From the IMG/VR virus record IMGVR_UViG_3300042350_004528, positions 234,834 to 298,833 of that record: a DNA stretch of 64,000 bases. The stretch is one strand, 5' to 3'. Under the pieces are notes generated by a model. That model saw nothing but the letters and a program-made list of their open reading frames with translations, ran no database searches and had not been told where the DNA came from. The translations under genes and the position numbers were made by a program. This document shows positions 28,885 to 38,251 of the stretch, in pieces. Position 1 is the first letter of the stretch. Each line of letters starts with the position of its first letter.

Positions 28885-28985
28885 TTTGTCTTTATAAATA
28901 GTGTGTTCTTTTAAAAAGTGATACAAATATAAGCACAGTTTTTTAAATAAGCAAGTTTTTTTAAAAATTAATCATAAATTTCTGT

Positions 28986-29029
28986 TATATCGGTCATGTG
29001 ATACAAATATATCGGTCATGTGATACAAA
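28986..29029. repeat. 22-bp tandem duplication
   Basis: TATATCGGTCATGTGATACAAA x2. Confidence 0.9.
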
Positions 29030-29051
29030 CCAGGCGCTTACCACTCACAAT

Positions 29052-29129
29052 TGGGGCGAACGATGAGGTTCGAACTCACGACCTCCTGAACCACAATCAG
29101 GCGCTCTAACCAACTGAGCTACGTCCGCC
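29052..29129 (-). tRNA. tRNA-His(GTG) with encoded G-1, C73 and CCA
   Basis: CCTGA-TTGTGGT-TCAGG. Confidence 0.92.
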
Positions 29130-29139
29130 ATGTAATCCC

Positions 29140-29982
29140 CTACCTGTTGGTGGGGATTAAGTTATTTAAATATTCTCTATTTTGAGTAAAGATTGGTGTT
29201 TCGACATCCAATTCCCAAGCGCTTCTGGTGTAAACATCCTTTGGATCAATCACAACCGTATCACGATTGACTTCCGCATTGGCACTTTTACGAACAAACG
29301 TCTTTTCAATTTTTCTGATTATACCACCACGTTTTTCTCTTGGTGAGTAATCATTCCAATTTGTACCAGCCTGAAATATCAATTCTTGCATACCATCGGT
29401 CTTAACCCCATGTAATTGTTTTGGTGAGTATAAACTCTGAGCGACCGATGAAATTGAATTTCTGGTCGCATCTTGTTGTCTCCAGATGAAATAATTCTCA
29501 ACCTCAACTTTTTGTGGGATTTGAAATACCCTGGCATCAAACATAGCCAATTTAGGTTCGCTGGCGTATCTTTTATCCGTCACAGACTTTCTCTCGATAA
29601 CATGTAGATTCTTAATATAACGATCCATTCTCAATTTATTAAAGATGGCTGTTGCCATTGAGGCTGAAACGCTCGCCATTTTCTGTAAGTTATTATCGAA
29701 CCAAGCTTGTGTGCCCTCATCTTCAAAATCGGTGATCAAAATTGAAATCTCATCTGATTGCACATACGCAAACTTAGCACCCATAATGTTTTTACATAGA
29801 TATGCCGCTGTCTCATCCATATCATCAATCAAATCCAAATCAAATGGCCTTCTCAAACCTTTTGTATAGGTGTGAAAAGCCTTACCATCAATTCTGATAA
29901 TGGTGTAACCTCTTCTTGGTAATGAAATACGAGTTCTATCCTCATAGTTCGATTTCATTCTGTCTCCTAATGCGTCTTTCAT
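29140..29982 (-). CDS. thg1: Thg1-like tRNA(His) guanylyltransferase / 3'-5' polymerase
   Basis: RIDGKAFHTYT, YVQSDEIS, FDARVF, WRQQDATRNSIS. Confidence 0.92.
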   Translation of the reverse strand: MKDALGDRMKSNYEDRTRISLPRRGYTIIRIDGKAFHTYTKGLRRPFDLDLIDDMDETAAYLCKNIMGAKFAYVQSDEISILITDFEDEGTQAWFDNNLQKMASVSASMATAIFNKLRMDRYIKNLHVIERKSVTDKRYASEPKLAMFDARVFQIPQKVEVENYFIWRQQDATRNSISSVAQSLYSPKQLHGVKTDGMQELIFQAGTNWNDYSPREKRGGIIRKIEKTFVRKSANAEVNRDTVVIDPKDVYTRSAWELDVETPIFTQNREYLNNLIPTNR

Positions 29983-30413
29983 TTTATTTCTTGGTTAATT
30001 TTATATTCTTCTTCTGTTGCTATTCTAATTGGTACGAACAGCGCATACCCATCATCATCCTCAAAATGGTTACAATCGTCTTCATAAGTCATATTAAACT
30101 TAGTTCGATTGTAGATGAACTTGTTTTGTTTGACATCCCATTTTGCTATGGTGGCTCTCCTATGATCACCCGCATAAAACTGACCGTCAACCAAATTTTT
30201 TTTCTGAATAGCCCCAGCGCCAATTAATTTTGGTACATAAAAGTTATTCCACTCATCAGTTTCAACTCGTGGTAATTCGGGTATATCATTAACACCAGCG
30301 AATGGTTTTAATGTCTCCCAATATTCACGAATACGTTGTTCCCTTTCAGCTTTTTCAATTTCTCGTTTAGCTTTCAGTTCAGCGAATATCATATCTTTAT
30401 CAATCTGTTCCAT
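29979..30413 (-). CDS. Hypothetical protein
   Basis: 144-aa ORF. Confidence 0.6.
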   Translation of the reverse strand: MEQIDKDMIFAELKAKREIEKAEREQRIREYWETLKPFAGVNDIPELPRVETDEWNNFYVPKLIGAGAIQKKNLVDGQFYAGDHRRATIAKWDVKQNKFIYNRTKFNMTYEDDCNHFEDDDGYALFVPIRIATEEEYKINQEIK

Positions 30414-30427
30414 AACAAATCATTTTG

Positions 30428-30512
30428 CGGAGAGGGAGGGATTCGAACCCCCGTTACCTTTCGGTAAAACGGTTTTCAAGACCGCCGCGATCAACCGCTC
30501 TGCCACCTCTCC
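30428..30512 (-). tRNA. tRNA-Ser(TGA)
   Basis: GCGGT-CTTGAAA-ACCGT, long variable arm, G73. Confidence 0.92.
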
Positions 30513-30561
30513 AATATTTCACAAATATAAGAATAAAAATGTTAATTAACAAGTTTATTTT

Positions 30562-30638
30562 TGGTAGGCATGGTAGGACTCGAACCTACGACCTTCTGCG
30601 TATCAGACAGACGCTCTAACCAACTGAGCTACATGCCT
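30562..30638 (-). tRNA. tRNA-Ile(GAT), CCA encoded
   Basis: TCTGT-CTGATAC-GCAGA. Confidence 0.92.
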
Positions 30639-30645
30639 ATATTTG

Positions 30646-30719
30646 TACACCCTGATGGATTCGAACCACCGACCCCCTGCATGTAAGGCAGGTGCTCTAA
30701 CCAACTGAGCTAAGGATGC
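30646..30719 (-). tRNA. tRNA-Val(TAC)
   Basis: CCTGC-CTTACAT-GCAGG. Confidence 0.92.
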
Positions 30720-30725
30720 AAATTG

Positions 30726-30799
30726 TGACCCCATCGGGACTCGAACCCGAAACCTTCGCATTAAAAGTGCGAAGCTCTAACCAATTGAGCTACGAGGTC
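30726..30799 (-). tRNA. tRNA-Lys(TTT)
   Basis: TCGCA-CTTTTAA-TGCGA. Confidence 0.92.
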
Positions 30800-30808
30800 A
30801 TATAAAAC

Positions 30809-30837
30809 AAAAAACCCAGGTGGTTTACCTGGGTTTT
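30809..30837 (-). terminator. Intrinsic terminator of attenuator B
   Basis: AAAACCCAGGT-AAACC-ACCTGGGTTTT + U tract; AACCCAG is complementary to CTGGGTT in leader B (30885-30891). Confidence 0.85.
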
Positions 30838-30862
30838 CTTTTCTAACTCTATGTTCTTTAGT

Positions 30863-30949
30863 TTAACATAAATTAGGCAATACTAACCCAGCCCAGTTTT
30901 TCACCGAGATATGTTTAATTGACTTAATAATGTTAACCATTGTGTTCAT
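30863..30949 (-). CDS. Leader peptide B (28 aa) MNTMVNIIKSIKHISVKNWAGLVLPNLC
   Basis: Codons 5-17 dominated by Val/Ile/Lys/Ser(TCN)/His, matching downstream tRNAs. Confidence 0.75.
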   Translation of the reverse strand: MNTMVNIIKSIKHISVKNWAGLVLPNLC

Positions 30950-31022
30950 TTTACTGATTTTTAAATATATAGTGCAAAAGTAAGCAAAGTTTTTTAAATA
31001 TGCAAGTTTTTTCAAAAAAAAA

Positions 31023-31415
31023 TTAAAAAATTTCTCTTTTACCTCTAGATACTGGCTCCAAACCTTTATTTCTGTCAATATAGATCCAGTCATATTCAAC
31101 CAAACCGAACTCATTGAGATGGTCTAATACGGTCTCAATACTATATTCTTTACATGAATAAATGTCAAATTGAACCAAACTTGGTGTATTTGCATCCCAA
31201 ATATGAATCGCAGCATGTGAGGTTGCAAGGGTTATTGTCCCAGTAATACCCTCATTACCTGGCTCGTCAACATAAATGGACGTTGGGCCAGCAACGACAA
31301 CCATACCAACTTTATTTACCAACGAGGTTAACCATGCGTCTAAAACCTCTTCCTTCTTTGGTGGATTTAAAACGTATCCACGGACGATTAAATGCAAGTG
31401 ATTTGGATTGAACAT
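31023..31415 (-). CDS. speD: S-adenosylmethionine decarboxylase proenzyme-like
   Basis: HLHLI, GITG...LATSHAAIHIW, DIYSC. Confidence 0.8.
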   Translation of the reverse strand: MFNPNHLHLIVRGYVLNPPKKEEVLDAWLTSLVNKVGMVVVAGPTSIYVDEPGNEGITGTITLATSHAAIHIWDANTPSLVQFDIYSCKEYSIETVLDHLNEFGLVEYDWIYIDRNKGLEPVSRGKREIF

Positions 31416-31479
31416 TTTCTATAATATTTACTGAAATAAATATTAAGAATTAGCGTTAAAAACAAAAAAACCGAATTAT

Positions 31480-31863
31480 TTATTCGGTTTTTGCGTTATT
31501 TTTGAATTTTGGTTTTAATGATTTTTTATCAATTTCCATTGTAAAATGGTATCGTAATAAATCATCATCCGTATAATCACCTGACGATGAAAAATTTAAA
31601 GACTTAATGTCAAAACTAAAACCACCGATGATTTCACCAGTGGGGTCAAGGTATTCTAATTCAATTCTCGATAAATTAAATAAATCGGTTGGAATAATAT
31701 GGTCATTAACTGTTTCATAACAAGATGTTTCAAACATTAATCTATCACCATCATTATATAGTTTATATTTTGAAAATAAGTAGGGGTGAATCTCAACACC
31801 AACCGTTTTAATTAACCAGCGATTTGTTTTTTTCGGTTCAATTGGGAATTTTTCGATATTCAT
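31480..31863 (-). CDS. Hypothetical protein, possible short tail-tube (gp19-like) paralog
   Basis: EPKKTNRW and LEYLDPTG resemble tail-tube motifs recalled from related phages. Confidence 0.4.
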   Translation of the reverse strand: MNIEKFPIEPKKTNRWLIKTVGVEIHPYLFSKYKLYNDGDRLMFETSCYETVNDHIIPTDLFNLSRIELEYLDPTGEIIGGFSFDIKSLNFSSSGDYTDDDLLRYHFTMEIDKKSLKPKFKNNAKTE

Positions 31864-31884
31864 GATTAAATTTTATTTTTTTTA

Positions 31885-33537
31885 TTATAAACTGTAAATT
31901 CCAAAAGGCGTAATTAAATAATCAATGATTTTATTTTTTAAATGAGTCATAGCTTCTTCGGGACGATTTACTATTGGCTCGTTATGAACATTAAATGAAG
32001 TATTTACCAAACAACCAAAACCTGTTTGATTTTTATAAGATTTCAAAATATGATAAAATAATGGATTTGAATTTTTAGTTACAATTTGAATACGTGCCGT
32101 TTTGTCCACAGGATGGACAACAGTTGGTAACTTATCTTTCCATTCATCTCGTGTTTCAAAACATAATGTCATAAACTCAGCGGCATATCTAGATTTATTC
32201 ACTATAAACAATCGATTAGCATCCTCATCTATTACTGCTGGCGCAAAAGGCATAAAATCGTTACGTTGTAACTTATCATTAATTAATTTATAAGTTTCGG
32301 GGTGAGTGGCGTCACAAATAATACTTCTATTACCTAAAGCTCTAGGGCCGTGTTCAAATTTGCCCTGAAATAATCCTAATATTTTTTTATTAAGTAATAA
32401 AACAGTAATAAAATCTATATTAAAAGGAATATAATTATATGTTCCTAAAATATTTTTTGCCGCTTCATCTACGTGTTCTTTATCATACTCATTCCCAAAA
32501 AACACATTATTTAATCTAAAAGGTTTAAAATCAGGATGAAGTTGTTTAATCGTTCCTAAAACACACCCTAAAGCTAACCCCTCATCACCCATTGGGGGGG
32601 CTATAAATACTTCATCCACCCATTCTAGTTCATTAATTAATTTATTCATTTTTACATTAGCAAAAATACCTCCAGCCATTGCCACTTTTTTAACATGAGG
32701 ATATTTTTGATGTAAATTATTAAGTATTTTTAAGATTTTTTCCTCAAATACTTTCTGTCCAGTATAAGCAATGTTTTTAATAGTTTCATGATTCTTCCAA
32801 TATCGAGAACCCATTGATTTAAAAAAGTTTTGATAAGTTTTTAAAAAAACATTTCCCCCAGCTAAATCACTATCATCAGAAAAAGGTGAAATTTCTGTTT
32901 GAAGACCATCAATTTTAATAACTTCGTTAAAAGCATCATATATTTCAGGTATTAGTCCTCCATGCCCAGCCATACCCACTACTTTACCTTCATCTTTTAA
33001 TCTTTTAAATCCTATTAATTCTGTAATAGCGGCATAAAATAGTCCTAAAGAATCTCTATTTAATAAAATCCCATCGATATACTCTAAATTACCATTTTTA
33101 CCTAAATAATACTTAGCTGAATGATTTTCTCCTGAACCATCAATAGCCACAACTAATGTATCTTCTTGAAAGTTAGATAAGTAATATGCTGTATTAATAT
33201 GAGAATCGTGGTGTTCGATTTTAATATATTTTTCTTTTTCTAAATTAAAATTAATGGTCATTTTAAAAATATCTCTGATTATTTCGTAATCGTAAAAACT
33301 AGTGAAATAATTTACTTTTCCTAAATCTACATCATGTTTAACTATTAATTCAGTAAGAGAAGCTAAAGGATATCTAAAATAATTATTTTCAAAATCTTTA
33401 TAAGGTTTAATCCTATTTAATCTTTCTTCCTCTAAGACTACTTTTAAATCGCCATTTTCAAAATAAGCTAACCCACAGCTGTGAGAACCACCAATAATTC
33501 CTAATATTCGATAGGAAGAATTTTCGTACAATTTCAT
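31885..33537 (-). CDS. Carbamoyltransferase (NodU/CmcH family)
   Basis: EEERLNRIK, EHHDSH, DGSGE, EGKVVGMAG, GGIFANVK, GDEGLALG, EHGPRALGNRSI, FMPFAP, NTSFNVHNEPIV. Confidence 0.92.
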   Translation of the reverse strand: MKLYENSSYRILGIIGGSHSCGLAYFENGDLKVVLEEERLNRIKPYKDFENNYFRYPLASLTELIVKHDVDLGKVNYFTSFYDYEIIRDIFKMTINFNLEKEKYIKIEHHDSHINTAYYLSNFQEDTLVVAIDGSGENHSAKYYLGKNGNLEYIDGILLNRDSLGLFYAAITELIGFKRLKDEGKVVGMAGHGGLIPEIYDAFNEVIKIDGLQTEISPFSDDSDLAGGNVFLKTYQNFFKSMGSRYWKNHETIKNIAYTGQKVFEEKILKILNNLHQKYPHVKKVAMAGGIFANVKMNKLINELEWVDEVFIAPPMGDEGLALGCVLGTIKQLHPDFKPFRLNNVFFGNEYDKEHVDEAAKNILGTYNYIPFNIDFITVLLLNKKILGLFQGKFEHGPRALGNRSIICDATHPETYKLINDKLQRNDFMPFAPAVIDEDANRLFIVNKSRYAAEFMTLCFETRDEWKDKLPTVVHPVDKTARIQIVTKNSNPLFYHILKSYKNQTGFGCLVNTSFNVHNEPIVNRPEEAMTHLKNKIIDYLITPFGIYSL

Positions 33538-33539
33538 AA

Positions 33540-34220
33540 TTAATCTAATTCTTTTATAATTTCTTTTTTATTAAAATCATATTTCCACCAAGAATTTTCA
33601 CCAGGTGTAGAAATGTATGACACATGAGTCATGTGCGCTTTTTTTACACACATTTGTTTATATTTATTTTGGTTTGTAATTCTGTTAGACCATTGAGCGT
33701 CAGTTGACGCGAGATATTGGGTGATGCCTTGAATATCGTTAGCGGCAATAGTGTGATAAGGGTGTTCTAACCAAATGTGTCTCCTAATTCCAGTAAAAAA
33801 CCAACCAGTAAACGACACTTCAAATTCATCTGGTAGGGCATCCATTTCATATGTTTTAAAAAATTTATTATATTTTTCCATCAAAGGAAGTTGCCCTCCC
33901 TGACAATGTATCCATTGTTTGCCTTGAGAATGAATTGTTGCTAAATAACTATTTTGCCTAACACACGACCACCCTGTAACTATTTCGTGTCTATGTAACG
34001 CTTCTTCTAAATAGGCAAAATTTTCAGGACTAATAATAACATCATCAGAAACAATAAAATAATTATCATAATTTGTTTCTTCAATGAAGGAAGGAATATG
34101 TGTATTGAGTTCATATTCCCTAAACCCCTTAAACCAAACTTTAGGGACTTTTAATTTTGAGATGGCGTGTTTTATGATTTCTTCATCTCTAACACTCATT
34201 ATCATTAAACAATTTTTCAT
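33540..34220 (-). CDS. Putative glycosyltransferase (GT-A-like)
   Basis: SDD motif, position in the sugar island. Confidence 0.5.
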   Translation of the reverse strand: MKNCLMIMSVRDEEIIKHAISKLKVPKVWFKGFREYELNTHIPSFIEETNYDNYFIVSDDVIISPENFAYLEEALHRHEIVTGWSCVRQNSYLATIHSQGKQWIHCQGGQLPLMEKYNKFFKTYEMDALPDEFEVSFTGWFFTGIRRHIWLEHPYHTIAANDIQGITQYLASTDAQWSNRITNQNKYKQMCVKKAHMTHVSYISTPGENSWWKYDFNKKEIIKELD

Positions 34221-34900
34221 AATTTATTCGAAAAAAATCCTAAAATATCTTCAATAATTTCTAAAGAATTTTTATTAACAATTCCATCTGGGTTATAAAA
34301 ATAATCGGGAACGCTCTCCGTACCAAATTTTCCCACATTATACCCAGCATAAAATTGATTGAAATCACTACCCCAAGGTAAATAAGCTGTAACCCAATCA
34401 TATTTTTTTGTTTCGTGCAGATAACCATTAATGATAGAAATGTTACAATTATGTTCTTTTCTAAATCTATCTATTACGCACATCCAAACGTGAAGCTCTT
34501 CTGGGTTTTCACTGTGTAACGTAAAATTAACTAATTTATATCTTAAATCTAGCTTGTCTTCAAGTAAGATCTCTCTAGTATGTGGATTAAGAATTTTAAC
34601 CTCATAAGGGACAAATCCTTTATAAAACCACCTTAAATACGAATGATTTGGTATATTGGCGGCTTCCCAAAGAATTTTAAAATCTTCTGAATTTATTATT
34701 TCCTCTTCAATTGACTTTGAACCTGAGGCGTTGTAATTGTACTTTAATTTTTTTACAACTTTGGTTTTTTCAATAGATATTTCTACACGAAATTCATTAA
34801 GTTTATTATCATCATCGTGTACATGAACACATAAACCATCTCGGTAATCTACCATAAATCTATAATTCATATTTTTGTTTTTAAAATTTATTTTATCCAA
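34217..34900 (-). CDS. Hypothetical protein (sugar island)
   Basis: 227-aa ORF. Confidence 0.55.
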   Translation of the reverse strand: MDKINFKNKNMNYRFMVDYRDGLCVHVHDDDNKLNEFRVEISIEKTKVVKKLKYNYNASGSKSIEEEIINSEDFKILWEAANIPNHSYLRWFYKGFVPYEVKILNPHTREILLEDKLDLRYKLVNFTLHSENPEELHVWMCVIDRFRKEHNCNISIINGYLHETKKYDWVTAYLPWGSDFNQFYAGYNVGKFGTESVPDYFYNPDGIVNKNSLEIIEDILGFFSNKL

Positions 34901-35618
34901 AGCAACTCATTGTGCTATAATTTTTCATTTCAAATATATAATTAACCCTAATATCCGAAGGATCCATTTCAATAGTCCTGTTCGTATTACAAGCCATGGC
35001 AATAGCGGACGTTGCTGTTAAATTACCTAAAAAATGGTCACAAGAAGCTATTGCTGTTGTCATATCTTTTAATAAAGGTAAATATAGCATAGGTATTTTA
35101 TTAAAAAAAGGAGAAGTTGTATATTGTTCGATATATGAACAAACAAAGTAAGCTTTATCTTTCCAATATTCAATGTAATTTAAATAATATTGAATAGTAT
35201 CTAAATGCGGTAAAGGTTTAAAATTTCTATTTATTAATAATAAGTCTTTGAATGCGCTGTCTTTTTTAACCTCTAACCAAGAATAATTAAAAGGTATTTC
35301 AATGTTTGGGTTAATATAATTGCGGAGGTACAATTCATTCCACGATGCTGTGAACAAATTTGGGTCGGTTCTAAATCTGGTGAGATCAATATCTATTTCT
35401 TGGTTCGCCCAAATTTCAAAGTTATTAACATAAGATTGATTTGATACTATGGGGGATAATTCATTAAAACTATTTTCTACCCCCGAAGCAAATACTTCAT
35501 GGTCGTGATTACAAATATATATGTTAAATTTTTCCCCTGTGGTTTCAAAAAGATATTTGGGTAAAATTAAAGCGTGAATAAAATCACCTAGTTTTCCACC
35601 AATTAATATATTTCTCAT
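34893..35618 (-). CDS. Putative GT9/heptosyltransferase-like protein
   Basis: GGKLGDFIH, IASCDHFLGNLT. Confidence 0.55.
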   Translation of the reverse strand: MRNILIGGKLGDFIHALILPKYLFETTGEKFNIYICNHDHEVFASGVENSFNELSPIVSNQSYVNNFEIWANQEIDIDLTRFRTDPNLFTASWNELYLRNYINPNIEIPFNYSWLEVKKDSAFKDLLLINRNFKPLPHLDTIQYYLNYIEYWKDKAYFVCSYIEQYTTSPFFNKIPMLYLPLLKDMTTAIASCDHFLGNLTATSAIAMACNTNRTIEMDPSDIRVNYIFEMKNYSTMSCFG

Positions 35619-35869
35619 TTTTTACCGTACATTTTAGTTGCACCTTGTTTATATAATTTTTGTTGTTTTCCAGTTGCCACCATTTCATTAATACTTTCAT
35701 CAATTTCTTGTATTAAATCTGTTCGATATGTGTTAGCAACATTTGTAACTCGAGTAGCATCTGCTATTTGTTTATCGGAGGCATTGGGATCACGTTTAAT
35801 GTCTTCGGCCATCCAAATACGAATATTAGCTATTGTAAGTTTGTCAATTAAATTTCCTATTGTTTCCAT
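35615..35869 (-). CDS. Small helical protein (DUF4254-like)
   Basis: TIGNLIDKLTI...R...IQEID. Confidence 0.6.
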   Translation of the reverse strand: METIGNLIDKLTIANIRIWMAEDIKRDPNASDKQIADATRVTNVANTYRTDLIQEIDESINEMVATGKQQKLYKQGATKMYGKK

Positions 35870-35872
35870 AGT

Positions 35873-36496
35873 TTATTTTTTAATGTAAATATAATTATAT
35901 TCTACAGTTTTATCCAATTTATAACCAATTAAATCCATATAATCATTATAAGATTCTAAATATATATAATTTTCAAGTATAACAACTTTAGGATTATATT
36001 TAGTATGATTAAATCCTTTCATTACTTCTAATTCCCAGCCTTCTGTATCAATAATTAGAATATCTATTTCTTGTTCTAATTTAGCTTCTTCTAAAACTAA
36101 ATCTAAAGTAGTAATATTAACATTAATATTCTGAATAAAACCAGGATCTCCTTCTTTATCTATATATTCTTGTTTTATGTTAATTGATGAAAAAGATTCA
36201 TAAGTTAAATCTCCATCTTCAGGATATCTCCATTTTGTTATTTGAAAGTTAGCGTTTTCTTCAATGTAATCAGCACAAGCATAAGGATATATTTCATTTC
36301 CTACTTTTTTATGAAATTCTACAAAATATGGGTTTGGTTCAACACTAATACATCTCCATCCATCTTCCCTAAATATTTTTGAAAAACTAAGTATTTCAGG
36401 GTGTGCTGCTCCTACTTCAACTAATATTCCTTTAGATTTAAAAAATCTACTATATTGATCTTTTACAATATCATCTATATCAAATTCAGCGTACAT
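35873..36496 (-). CDS. FkbM-family methyltransferase
   Basis: VEVGA, VEPNP, IDTEGWELEVMKG. Confidence 0.85.
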   Translation of the reverse strand: MYAEFDIDDIVKDQYSRFFKSKGILVEVGAAHPEILSFSKIFREDGWRCISVEPNPYFVEFHKKVGNEIYPYACADYIEENANFQITKWRYPEDGDLTYESFSSINIKQEYIDKEGDPGFIQNINVNITTLDLVLEEAKLEQEIDILIIDTEGWELEVMKGFNHTKYNPKVVILENYIYLESYNDYMDLIGYKLDKTVEYNYIYIKK

Positions 36497-36497
36497 A

Positions 36498-37721
36498 TTA
36501 TTTTCCTCCTATAATTTCAAAACGTGGGCAAGGTACAATAAATTGCCCACCATTATTTAAATAATCTTGTTCACGAGAAACAAACTCATTAATAAAATGC
36601 CAAGGTAATACTAACATATAATCTGGTGGTGACTGTCTCATTTCTTCTTCTGAAATAATTGGAATGTTGGTTCCAATGGTTTTTAATCCAAATTTATAAG
36701 GACTGCGTTCAACCATAGCGGAGATTAAACTGCTATCTAAACCAAAATATTGAAGTAATGTATTTCCTTTAGTAGAGGCGCCATAGCCATAAACTGTTTT
36801 TCCTTTAGCCACCTCTTCTTTAATAAACGCTACCGTTTGTTCTTTTAAAGCATCAATATCTTTCTGAAATTGTTCCCACACTTCAGGAGACTCGACATCA
36901 AATTTTTCTTCTAACGATAAGATAGATTCCATTCTAAATTGGCAAACATCTCTTAAAGGAGAAGTTCCAAATGAAGTGATGGGGGCGTTATCTTTTTGAA
37001 CATAAACTCTAAAACTACCTCCGTTTACATCATTTAGTTCACAATCCACCACTTTTAAATTATGTTTAGCGAATAAATTTTTAATTGTTTTTAAAGAATA
37101 GTAATATCTATGCTCGTGGCATATATTATCAAACGCTAACTGTTTTACCATTAATGGTGTATAACTTAATTGAAGTACCCAAACACCATCATCCGCCAAA
37201 ATTTCATTTATATCGTTAATAAATGGATGTGGGTCGGATAAATCATAAAACATAGCAATAGTTGTAATTACTTTAGCTTTTTTATCACCATATCCTGTTT
37301 TTTGATAGGCGTCATAACTAAAATAATCTTGAATTACTGTGCCATATTTACTAGATTCATTATAAAAAGTATCATCACAAGGATCGATCCCTAATTTAAT
37401 AAATTCGTTAGGAATTTGTCTCATCATCGTTCCATCATTACAGGCAATATCTAACCACACATCATCTTTTTTATATTTAATTCTAGAACATATTTCATTA
37501 ACAATATTACCAAGTTCTTTGGTCATAGTTGCGTTGATACCAGAACGATACCAATATTTACCCCACATTGTTTCATTTGGGGCATCCTCAATTAATCTAA
37601 CAGCTCCCGTCACCTCTTCTATTTGAAGGTCAAGACTGTATTTATTTTTACCATCATAATCGGTATCTGATTTAATAAAATCAGAGACATAATGGGAACC
37701 AATTTCTAATATTTTTTTCAT
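36498..37721 (-). CDS. NDP-sugar C-methyltransferase-like class I SAM-dependent methyltransferase
   Basis: YWYRSG, LDIACNDG, FDNICHEH, YGASTKGNTLLQ, VLPWHF. Confidence 0.88.
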   Translation of the reverse strand: MKKILEIGSHYVSDFIKSDTDYDGKNKYSLDLQIEEVTGAVRLIEDAPNETMWGKYWYRSGINATMTKELGNIVNEICSRIKYKKDDVWLDIACNDGTMMRQIPNEFIKLGIDPCDDTFYNESSKYGTVIQDYFSYDAYQKTGYGDKKAKVITTIAMFYDLSDPHPFINDINEILADDGVWVLQLSYTPLMVKQLAFDNICHEHRYYYSLKTIKNLFAKHNLKVVDCELNDVNGGSFRVYVQKDNAPITSFGTSPLRDVCQFRMESILSLEEKFDVESPEVWEQFQKDIDALKEQTVAFIKEEVAKGKTVYGYGASTKGNTLLQYFGLDSSLISAMVERSPYKFGLKTIGTNIPIISEEEMRQSPPDYMLVLPWHFINEFVSREQDYLNNGGQFIVPCPRFEIIGGK

Positions 37722-37780
37722 TTTTTTTATAAATTTTGTATAACTTAAAATTAAGTTAAAATAATTGATAAGTAAAGTAT

Positions 37781-38248
37781 TTAATACAATTTTTTATATT
37801 TAATTATAGAATCACTACAAACACCATAACAACCAGAAACGTCATCGTTATTTAATTCTGGTAAAACCGCAACGCTTTTTTTAATTGGTTGTTTACCAGG
37901 GTAAGCCCAAATATAACCTTTACTTGTTATGGTCAGTGTATCATGTTCATGCCAAAAATAATGTAGATATGCCCCTCTCGAGTCCAACTCATTAAATCTT
38001 TCAATTACAACTATATCTTTACAGTGTAACCATAATTTGCTGTGATGCTTCTCCAACCAATCAATATCTAATTGGTATTGTGGTTGATCGTGACCCAAAA
38101 AAAGTTTGTTGTTATGTAATCTAACATCAATTTTACAATCAAATCCCAAATTGATTGCGTTTTCTATATATGAGGGGTTATTCTCATATTCCTTTTGTAC
38201 GCCATCTAAATTACCTCTGTGGGATATAAGTTTCACAATTTTAACCAC
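37781..38248 (-). CDS. GDPD/PI-PLC-like phosphodiesterase
   Basis: ISHRGN, EN, LGHD, WLHCK. Confidence 0.7.
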   Translation of the reverse strand: MVKIVKLISHRGNLDGVQKEYENNPSYIENAINLGFDCKIDVRLHNNKLFLGHDQPQYQLDIDWLEKHHSKLWLHCKDIVVIERFNELDSRGAYLHYFWHEHDTLTITSKGYIWAYPGKQPIKKSVAVLPELNNDDVSGCYGVCSDSIIKYKKLY

Positions 38249-38251
38249 ATT

